From: Klebsormidium nitens
Taxonomy: Eukaryota > Plantae > Klebsormidiophyceae
Direction of reading: 5' to 3'
Length of the DNA: 64,000 nt
NCBI GenBank assembly: GCA_000708835.1
Contig: DF236971.1
Location: forward strand, 1-64,000
In this document: positions 38,062 to 48,061 of the stretch, piece after piece
Layout of the letters: every line of letters starts with the position of its first letter
Numbering within the stretch: the first letter of the stretch is position 1
Translations under genes and position numbers: made by a program
The notes under the pieces: model-generated
Told to the model about the DNA's origin: nothing
Database searches by the model: none
The model's input: only the letters and a program-made list of their open reading frames with translations

Positions 38062-39297
38062 CTACGGGTTGACGATAGTGCCCGCGGGGAGGAGCGCTGC
38101 CAGGTTGGCGATGGCATCGAGCAGCTTCGTAAGGGGACCCCCCAGGATTTGGCCCACCTGCGCGCGCGCGCACAAGCATCAGAATGGTTGCCACGTGTGC
38201 AACGGCTTTAAGAACGCCGGAAGAGTCGACCTCAGTCACAGAGGTATACGCAAGCATGGTATCACGCAGTCAGCCGTCTCCGAACTTGACCACTTTCAGC
38301 TTGCCTGTTTGCTGGACGTTTACAACCAGTCGGCACGTCTACACGTTTGATCTTCTGCAAGACGGAGAGATCTAAACGATCTGACGTCATAGCAAAAGTG
38401 CAGACCAATGTCGTTAGAAGTTCCCTTCAAACCCTGCACAACGTTGTTCCCATAACCCTGACTTTCGTGAAAAGAAAGCTACCAGCGCGCTCACCGCAAT
38501 GGACGTCTGCGATGCCTGCCCGGCGGTGTTGAGCAGCGTGGTCACCAAACCCAGCTGGTTAGTGAGCTGGGTTATTGCAAACAGCAGGGTTTGCGCCAGG
38601 AGAACCACGGGGTCAAGCGCGCCACCTCCGCTGAAGAGACCGCCCAGATTGCCCGGGAGCTGCTTCAGCGAACGGGCGGCGCCGCTGACGTCATTCTCCT
38701 CGAGCTTGGGAAGCTCGCGGCCCTGGAAACAAAATGACCTAGTGATTACGTCAGCACTACGTTGTGCTGATAGAAGATCGATCCAAAACCTACTGCTATT
38801 ACAGAAGTGTAGTAGATGTCTAGCAGAAGATTCAGATTTGACCGTAGAAATCAGGAGGTGGAGGTGCGCGCCTTGCAGAAAGGCTCTCAAACATAGGACC
38901 GAACTTCGTTTGCTAGCCCCTTTCTTGAAAGCCCCTCATTTCACCTTAGAGCACTTGTTTTGCAACTAGCGCAGTGTCTGACTGTAGTGTTGGCTGAGAA
39001 CACATTCGTTTGCTTGCAAGCAAAACAGCGCGCGGTGACTGCAACAACAAGCAAAACCTTGAATGAGTCATCGATTCCAACAACATAGGCCGCTATTGGG
39101 CCACAGGGATCAGAGGGGCGAATGGGCAAATGGGTCCTTCCCGCTTCTAGAAAAGAGGGAAAGAGTAACATAATAATAAAAGGCCAAATGGGTCACGCGG
39201 AGAACCAAGGCAGTGATGTCCAGCTCACCTGCGCAGCAACTGCCGCAAAGACGGCCACGAGAACCGAAGCCATGATCACGTACTTGAAGGCAGCCAT
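38062..39297 (-). CDS. Small secreted Leu/Ala/Gly-rich amphipathic protein, 3 exons, 130 aa
   Basis: Exons 39297-39229, 38722-38495 and 38157-38062 all join in phase 0 with canonical GTGAG donors and CAG acceptors. Product: MAAFKYVIMASVLVAVFAAVAAQGRELPKLEENDVSGAARSLKQLPGNLGGLFSGGGALDPVVLLAQTLLFAITQLTNQLGLVTTLLNTAGQASQTSIAVGQILGGPLTKLLDAIANLAALLPAGTIVNP. Confidence 0.8.
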
Positions 39298-39680
39298 CAC
39301 TTTTGGAAAGCAGGGAAGTAGATGCGGGGCGAGCTGCGAATGGGTAAAGAAACTTTGCAAGGAGGGTAGAATCTGAGCAGTACTTGGGGCGACTGAGGTT
39401 TTGGCTGCGAGCTGTAGATTGCAGTGGCACTTTGAGCAGTGAAGCTGATGTATCTCCACTTTTGACTGAGGCAAAACCGAGGCTCGGGCAGACGGCTCTG
39501 TTTAGATAGTAACCGCTGAGCAGTGACACTATCTAGCTGGTAAGCATCCGGCGCAAGGCGGAGAGCTCCTCATCCATGCTGACGTCATCTGCTGAAGATG
39601 CTGATGTGACGTCTCAGGTGGGCGCAGCCCGCGAGCTCTCGACCACACGTAGGATTCATGCACCTTCTGTTTCGGGGCAG

Positions 39681-41568
39681 GTACCGGGCTGCAGATTGAG
39701 TCCTAGTACTTTCAGTACTTTGCTCTCGGTACGTAGTCATGATGTTGATGAACTCGTTTTGATTTCTTGGTCTTTGTTGTATCAGCCCAATTGCACCGGC
39801 CAGCCTCGCTGTATATCTAGGTACCTATGTACCTAATTCTCTTTGTAGCCTGGCATCCGATCTAGTCAAAAAGGTAAGTATGGGATAGGTGTGTAGGCCT
39901 ATCCATCTATACATAGATCACAGCAGGCCATTTCAGCAGAGAGGACTGGCATCCAGTATGAACCCGCCGTGCCTATCAGCGAATGTGCAGGCGATTCTTG
40001 CGTAAGTTTGCAGTCTGCAGTACCCAGGTATATTACACTCAAAAGCCCCGCACCAGTGTTAAGGCTTTGTTACGGGAAGTACAGCTGTGCGTACTGCTGT
40101 GGATTTGAGTCCAGTGTACCTACGTAGCCGGCTTGGTACCTTCCTTGTACCGACGCTTGTGAAGTCGGATATCGGTCCTGCCCAGAGTTGCCTGACCGGC
40201 TGCTGGCTCTGCCCGGTAGTTCCTGCTGACGGCTGCTCAGACTGACGAGCTAAACCTGTAACATCCCCGGCTGTTAGGCTACGTAATCCCCGGGCCTTTG
40301 AACACCTATTGCAGCATTGGGTGCACCGAACCTGTACGCGACGGTCCGCTCGTACCAGTACGAAGCAAAGTCGGCGCCACGCCGGAGAATTCCGAGCAGT
40401 AAATGCATAGTGCTTCGAGTAACCCGGTGAATCCGTGATTCGCGCATATTCTTGGCCGGGCGGCTACTGCAGTGATGATGTGGCAGGTAGCCTGAACCTG
40501 GTCTGCTTTGCGGAACCGCTCAACCCCAGACCAGGTTTCCTCCAAGTCTTAACGTTTAACACCATCTACTACACCGCTCAATTTATCAAGTATTGAATGT
40601 GCTGATTAGTGTCAAAGTTTTGTCAGCCGGCGACAACTTTCCGATCCGCTGCGGCGTTTGGTTCATGATGCACTGAACTTGGGGCCGGGGCATCATATAC
40701 CGTAGGCTCTCAGTGCAGGAATATTACCTTCGTCGGTACTATGGTACTAGGACTCGCTACCTACTTATTTTCTAGGTTGTGCTCTGAGCAAATCTCTAGG
40801 CTAAATCTATGCTTCATTTCAGCTAGCTTTCTGGCGCAGCCACCTATCTTTGCCAGGTGTCCAAATCACCAGGTAGATTCTTTGCGTCGCAGCTTCCTAG
40901 ACCACCACGTGGCTTGCCAAGACGATCTGAAGCACGGACTGGTCCGATTGCATCCTCGCCGCGGATTGTGACCCGTCGTGAGCTACCGGTGCATGAATCA
41001 TAAGCTGCGCACACCTAGCTAGGTACCTCGTGAGAGTCGACTCGTTTCTTCCAATCATGGATCCTCGGCTCATGCCGACAGGGTGTCATAATTGATGTGC
41101 GCTCCGAGATCGCTCTCCGCCTCGCAAAACGGATCGCGTGATTGGGTGTGACGTCACCGTGCCGCAACAAGAGCCGCGGCTTGACGTCAGCCCGTGCTGA
41201 GTTCACTTGACGTCGCCAGGGGGCTGCGCCGAGTTCGTGCACCTGTTGACGAGGCCGCAGCCAGGTTTCAACCCGCAATCAGAACGACAGACACGTCAGC
41301 ATTCACCAGGTTCAGGATTAGTTGCACGTCGCCAAGTACACTATAAGTACGTCAGGTATGTACGTTCTGCACGAAACATGACGGCCCGATGAGCTCTGGG
41401 TAGTCAGTTCGACAAGTATTAAAGGCCGGAAGAAAAGCAGCCCGCAGAGTGCCTACAAAGCGTGACAGTCAGCCCTGGTGACTACGGTAGTGTAAAATTG
41501 CCAAGGATCAAAATCGCGTAATCACTGGTGTACCCGAGTACTACCATCGTTTCTGGTCGAATCAGTAC
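39681..41568. promoter_or_regulatory. Divergent promoter region with a dense cluster of GTAC cores (candidate copper-response elements, SBP-box TF sites)
   Basis: About 24 GTAC by eye in 1.9 kb, against about 7 expected at uniform composition. Sub-clusters lie at 39681-39832 (6), 40020-40150 (6), 40334-40361 (3), 41336-41363 (3) and 41530-41568 (3). The region sits between two divergently oriented secreted-protein genes. Confidence 0.55.
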
Positions 41569-41782
41569 GACTCCGTTCAGCTGACTAGCAGGCTAAGTTA
41601 AAATTCTTGCCCCGAACGTCTACACCAGCTTTTCCTGGTTGAATCCAGATTGAATCCTCGCAGGCTGCTTGCAGCCAGCATTGCCCTCTTCATCCTCTCC
41701 GCCCATAAAGCCCCTCAAAAGTCGGCTCTTTCCAGAATTCTCCCTCCCTATCCTTTCCAGATTCCGACACTGACAGTCAAGC

Positions 41783-44700
41783 ATGGCTCCGTCAGCGTCC
41801 CGCCTCCTTTCCGCTCTGCTCCTTCTTGCGGCGCTTGCTGACGTGGCGTCCGCTGCGGAAGATTTGCTGTACGTTTGGACGGGCGACGATGACCACCAGC
41901 AGCCAGACTTCCTGGCGGTCTTGGAGTTCAATCCGACGTCGCCCAACTACGGAAAGGTGGTCGCCAAGGTGGACCTTACAGGGCCCAGTGCGTTCGGGAA
42001 TGAGGTGAGAGATCCCAAACCTGCCCCTTCCTTTGTTCTGGTGCGTTTCTTTTCCTTGCTCCCCTTATTTGCGTGCTTGAAGCGATAAGCAAGGGGCGAG
42101 TTGGTAGCAAAGGGGCTGGCCAACGAGCATTCATTCCCACCTTCCTCCGGCTTAACATGGGCGGTCTTTCTAGGTTGACGTATTAAGTCCTACATACTTT
42201 GATGCTTAAGGTTGATGCTTTAAAACATTGGACAACCAGCGCATGGAAAGAAGGTCGCACTTGCACACATCCTTATAGATTTGGTTCCAAATCTGGGTGC
42301 ATCAGAAGCTTTCCCTTGAAGAAATGGTCTTTGTTTGGACTTAAGGGAGGTGGCTCAAGGTACCTGCAAGGGAGTTGAGAACCAGTACTCCGGAAATCTG
42401 CTGTCTTCAGACTTGACTGAAATGCTTATGGATGTCCTGGCTGTCTAAAACAGTCTACCTAGCTCAAGATATCTGTCAGGGTCAGTGAGCATTATTGGTT
42501 TAGAGGCTGCCTCCGATTGAAGCCAGGTTTCGAGGGGCTCGAGCTTCAGCGTTTCAGAGGGTGAACCTAATACATGCGGCCGGCAGTCCTTACGAGATCC
42601 AGATATTGAAAGACTTTCTGGTCTTGTATGTCAGTTGTATCTGGGTCCGCTTCGGAACGTTTGAAATCATCCTAGTCGTCAGTTGTTCAGAGCTTTCAAT
42701 TGTGCAAGCTTTTCAATCATCAAAACCTCCTCTCTGCAGCCGCACCGCAGCACGTTTGGCAACGACAAGCAGACGCTCGCGGGCGCCAATATCTTAACCG
42801 AGTTGGTTAATCCGTCCACAAAACTATCCGACTCATTATTTTCTCCCTGCAGCCGCACCACATCACGTTCAGCTACGACAAGAAGACCCTCGCGGGCGCC
42901 GGGATCTTCTCCTTCCTCTTCCCCTTCTCCGCGCGCATCCCCGCGCAGGAGCAAGTCTTCTTCTACGACACGAGCAACCCGCGCGCGCCCACCTTCAACG
43001 GGGTTACCGCTAACCCGCTCAAGTCGGGCGCTGCGGACGAGTTGTACCCACTTTCGGACGGCACGTTTCTGCTGAGCTCACTGGGCACTCGGGCCGGAAC
43101 CGCCGAGGGCGCGATTACGGTTTTGTCGGCGACCGGGACGATCCTCGGGGAGTATCCCCTGGTGCCGCCGCTCGAGTCGTTCGACCCGCACGGGATCACC
43201 GTGCGCGAGGACCTTGACCTGTTCATAACCACGGGTGAGTGACGGGTTAAGCCGTAACCAAGTTGATCTTGTGCGAAGTCTTTTCTATAGATTGCGTCTA
43301 TTTGCGCGGTATGAAAACCTGCGTTATTTGGGATCACCGTGCGCGAGGACCTGGACCTGTTCATAACCACGGGTGAGTGACGGGTTAAGCGATTGACCCC
43401 TGGTTTTGAGCTAGCTTGATTGCATGTGGATTGCGCGACGGTAACAGTCCGTCTTATTTGGGCATCACGGGCGCGAGGACCTTGACCTGTTCATAACCAC
43501 AAAGCGAGTGGCGGGTTAAGCCGTAACCTTGGTCTTGTGCTGAGTCTATGCCAAGAATTGCATTGAGTTTGCGCGACAGCAGAGCCTGTGTCATCAGCTG
43601 TCGTCAGCGAATCGAGACCGATTTGCGCTGAAGTCCTTCGATCGTAGGACGCAATAATCAAGGATCGCGCTTGCTGCAAATGCACTCAAAATTGGGAGTC
43701 TGTACGAAACCCGCGCTCTTTTGTCGGGTCGGTTCTGTCTTGGTTCTCTGACTTGTGATTTTCAATGTCCAATGTCAGTCCTCAGTCTGACTGCTCGCAG
43801 GTGGCTCGTTTTGTCACTTGGCGTCAGCCAACGGCTCTCTGTATCACATCGGTCTTCTGGTTTAATTTGAAAATATTCATGGAAAATAGCTTTGTCGAAG
43901 TCTACTTGCAAATTACAACGCTATGTGCCCAACAATTTCGTTCAATCCTGATAGACTGGCTTCAGGGCTTGTTCAACACATGGCAATCGGTGCCTCTGCG
44001 CAACTTCTTTTCTCCCTGATGAAGGGCTTTTTATGCTCTTGTGTCTTAGGCGCTCCTGTTCTTAAGGCTTTCTTCTCCTGCAGATTTCATCGAGCCTGCT
44101 TCGGCCCTTTCGCTTACCCAGCTGCTCTTCGGAGGCATCCGCTATCAGAAGAGTAAGTGCCGTATCTTTTGATTTCTTTTTTGCGGCTGCCGGATGTGAT
44201 TTGCTGAACCGGAGATGAATACTCTGAGCCTTTCAGGCGCGGGGTTTACAAATGAAGACCCATGCGCTTTCTCCTTTGTCGACGTTTTCGTGCAAAGTAT
44301 ACGTTATCAAGTTTCCTCAAGGTTCAACAGCATAGGCTTGAATGGCCCGCACACTTCTCCAGGGAGCCTAACCCCCAGTTTTTTTAAGCGCTTCAGCCGC
44401 AGCATTGATTTACTCTTTCAAATAGCCGGTGCGTCCCTCAGTCCGCTTGATTGTCCCAACTGTTGACTTCGTGCCACGTGTCGCGCGCAGCGATCCGCAA
44501 GTGGCGCCTCTCCACCAAGGAGATCATCGGAACATGGACGGTCGACGATAAAGCGGGGCCGTTAACCAACTACTTCATCCCCAACGACCCCTACGGCCGC
44601 ATCATCGCGTCCGCGGTTAACGCTAACAAGATCTACCTCCTTGACCCAAACCTCAACGGCACGTGAGTGGCGCCACGTCAGTTGGTCTTTCGTTTTCGCT

Positions 44701-46958
44701 GCTTGCTCAGAAAACAGGGAGCAAGCTGGAATACGTTGAAGGATCATGTGACGCTTGCACAAATATGAATGAGCAAGGTTTTGTCCTTCCCCGTCGGGAT
44801 ATGTAAGCCCTCCGCTTTCTCATAAGCGGACCGTCTTTCAAAGCCCTTCCTGGTTCTTGCCAAAGCGCCTGCTTTCCTCACGAAGTGTCAAGGAGACCTT
44901 TGTGGGGAAGCGTTATTTAGTACGTACACACGGGCTTCGCGCCTTCAAACTGTTGGCCGATATTTCCATTTTTTTCAAACGATGTGCTTTATCATTATTT
45001 TGCACTGATTATGCAGATTGGGCGGCCTTAAATACTACACCGCTCTCGATCTGACCGCCGCCGGTTACCCCAACTCCAACCCCCACTACGTCAGACTGAC
45101 GCAAGACGGCAAGACTGCCGTGCTTACTTTGAATGCTGGGAACAAGGTAAGAATTCAGAAAGCCCTAGTCTAAAACTCAGCAAGCACCACTGGTGAGGTT
45201 CACGGATTTGAAATGTGCTAGTTTCGAAAGAAACGGAGTCTTGCAATCCTTGCAAGAAAGAGTCTCGCAGGAATAGGGCGTGCTCATTAGATTCTTTCCT
45301 GGACGTACCTGAGCAGATACAACTTAGGGTTGTCGAATTGCGTCAGTTTAGATCGCACGAAGTGTGAAAGCCCTCAAGCGTTTCCTGTCATATGGGTATT
45401 CTTCTGCGTTCATCGAGCTACTTCAGACCTGATGTCATGAAAGGCAGTAATCAGCAGGTACGAAGAATGCTCCCCCTCTCTCCCCTCAAGTGGTCGCGGT
45501 CTGATTGCGAAGCAAAGAGGACCCGTCCACTGCTTCATTTTTGAGAGAATCCTTGTCATCTTGCGCAGGTCTTGCTTCTCGACTTGACCAACCCGTACAA
45601 CATCAAGATCAAGGACGTGCTGCCTCTGCCTAACGGTGAGGACAGCTGTCAAGCTCTGCCTTTGAAGCCCTACTCCAAGCTTCCATTGCTGGGTTTAACT
45701 TTTCGAGTTCGATGTTTGAAGTGATTCTGTTCCACTTTGATATGGGCGAATCCTTCCGTGCCTTATGTTCATCCTCGTGTTTTTCGTGAACGGTGACTTT
45801 TTGACAGAAGTTCGGTGCTTTTCTGAGACCTGGTGATCCAGGTAGAAGGCATTTCTGTCCGCGGGGGGTTTGAACTTGTGTCTCATTCACTCCACTCCCT
45901 CTCTCTGAATTTGGCTTCCTCTGTATACCGCAGGCGCGAATCCCCACTACGCCGACATTCACCCCGACCAGAAACGCGTCGTCGTCGTCGTGAGTCACAT
46001 AGACCCTGGCCCAAAAACCCTAAAAAACCCTAACCCTAAAACCTGACCAGCTTCCAGCGCTGCTCGGATCTCATCCTCGTAGCATCCGGAGGCTTTCGTC
46101 GAGCACTCGTTATAAAATGAAAGAGTTCCTGCCTTTCCACAACTGATCTCCGTTGCATCAGTCGGCGATGAGAGGTGCTTGGAAGAATATAAGCTCAGTG
46201 GAGAAGCGGACTTCGGAAGAGCTGCATTTGAACCTGATAGATGTGTTACTCAAGAGACAGGTCGTCCTCTCAGCGCTTAGGTGCATCCCGCATTCCTTAG
46301 TGCTCGTTTACCTAGCTGCTCCATCCACGTATGCACAGCCCACACAGACATAAAAGAGAGAACTTCAACAGGAAAGATTGCCCCAACGTTCCCGCTAATC
46401 ATTTTCCATCTCTTTTCAAACAGGACTACTTCCTGGATTTCAAGACCTATGGGATCATTCACCGCCCCGGTGACAAGATTGTAAGCTTCCCTTCTCCAAT
46501 CCATTGTTCAATCAAGGTAGTCGGATTTTACGTTTTTGGCAAATCGTTTCCCTGCGCGCTCCGCCAAACTGGGCGCTTCTTCAATTTTGCTCAAACTGGG
46601 AACGTGCTTTGACCCTGCCTTGACGACTCTTGTCGGCCTCGATCGTCTTGCTTAACCCGTTTCTCAATGCGCCCTTGGCAAGCTCATCTTCAAACGTCCG
46701 CTGAATTCTAGATATCAACACCCTGGTAAAATCAGGATAACGTCGCTGATCTAACTCGATAGAAAATATGTAACTCAATTCAGCAATTCATGATCCTAAC
46801 CGTCTTCCTAAACCCGTTTGCAGATCCACGTGTACACGTTCGACACCGGCAAGCTCATTCCTGACCCCAACTGGCCTAATCCGGATTTCAAGAACCTGTT
46901 CCCCGCTCAAGGCGTCACCAACCCGCACGGAACCGCCTTCTATGCGTCAGGCTACTAG
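41783..46958 (+). CDS. Secreted SBP56 / selenium-binding protein (methanethiol oxidase-family) beta-propeller, bacterial/fungal short type, 9 exons, 429 aa
   Basis: Exons 41783-42004, 42853-43234, 44084-44152, 44491-44662, 45017-45146, 45569-45635, 45934-45989, 46424-46480 and 46824-46958 total 1290 nt and are phase-consistent. It has a signal peptide and the motifs DFLAVLEFNPTSPNYGKVV, GNEPHH, FDPHG, TDFIEP, IRKW, NPHY (x2), DYFL and terminal NPHG. Confidence 0.85.
42730..42790 (+). repeat. Degenerate intronic copy of the acceptor and start of SBP56 exon 2
   Basis: ctctgcagccgcaccgcagcacgtttggcaacgacaagcagacgctcgcgggcgcc matches the real ccctgcagccgcaccacatcacgttcagctacgacaagaagaccctcgcgggcgcc 113 nt downstream. 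Confidence 0.8.
43192..43525 (+). repeat. Three tandem copies (130-138 bp period) of the SBP56 exon 2 3' end and donor
   Basis: gggatcaccgtgcgcgaggacct(t/g)gacctgttcataaccac occurs at 43192, 43330 and 43460. The second copy keeps GTGAGT; the third has lost it. Confidence 0.9.
46012..46044 (+). repeat. Short degenerate telomere-like (A)nCCCT repeat in an intron
   Basis: Sequence reads aaaaaccctaaaaaaccctaaccctaaaacct. Confidence 0.5.
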
Positions 46959-48061
46959 ACCGTTGGGGGTCCCAGCTTTTGCATTTTGAGGCAGGTTTTG
47001 ATCGGATTCAGGCCGTTTCTCAAGCCGTTGTCTGGTTGAAGGAGCTTTTGGAAACCCACGTAAGAGAGGTGTACGAAGCTGCTGAAGTAGAGGGCAAAAA
47101 CAATCATGGGAAGGAGCTAAACAGATATGATAGATAGTCGCGCAATGCTGGCGCAATTTTGAACATATTCAGTTCGAGATTTCTTACTTCATAAGCGAGT
47201 TGGCAAGGACCTTACAGGAAAGGGCGGTGCTGAAAAAGCCCTTTGACAAAGAGCAGATTACTAGCTTAAATTTCACGGCTTGATTTTCGCAGACTGTGCC
47301 ACTCGGATCCGCCGAATATCGCGTTAGCCTCAAAAAACGCGTGATCTGAATTATCATCGCTGGATCTGTGAGTCGCTAGTGGCCCCGGGCAGCAACCTCA
47401 CGCATTACTGAAATGTTTGTGCTTTTACCCTTCTTTGAAACGATGTTGACTGCCACTGATGCCAAGTCGGAGCGTATGCCCACAATGCTGAATTGCCTAC
47501 ATGCTTCTTCCAATATAAGAAAGATTTGAGCAACTCAGCAAAATTTCGATTCGTAGGCATGTGAAGAGCAGATCGTGGTATATAAGATTGTGGGCCATGT
47601 TTTACATATCACGCCGGTCAGACCGATAAAAGTAGGGACTGAAATTCATGCCGTAAGCAAAGATGCAGTGTGTTCAGATCGGCTGACCTTTCGCAATACT
47701 AAAACCGTCGATGAAATTATGAAGTTCCCGTTGAAAAGACGTGGTAACCCAGAAACTAGCAGTATGCGGAGACATTCGCTCCTGGTATTTGCACGATAAG
47801 AGAGCAGAAAGTTGTGCGATTAACCTTGTAAACGGATATCTTGTCGTCTTGAGATTGACTGATAGATTGAGGACGTCAGCTGACACGGCGCATGCTTGTC
47901 ATCCTCCATTAGCGGCTTCTCTAACTTGCATCATCGCTGCGCTGCGGTCGCATACGAATAAGGTCTGCAAGCTGTAAGACCGCGCCACGGTGCTTTACCA
48001 AATGTTCGTAATGTTCCAAACGTGGCATCCAACAGGCCAAATAACCGGAAAGCTAGCTGGC

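Noticed and set aside
43192-43525. Repeat-spacer-like arrays here and at 18430-19465 as possible CRISPR or transposon repeats
   Set aside because: The repeat units are copies of adjacent exon and splice-site sequence in a eukaryotic gene. There are no cas genes, TIRs or transposase motifs.
29659-46958. Bacterial contamination or a prokaryotic operon explaining the bacterial-type genes
   Set aside because: Both genes have many phase-consistent GT-AG introns and lie on the same scaffold as CFAP54 and F-box genes.
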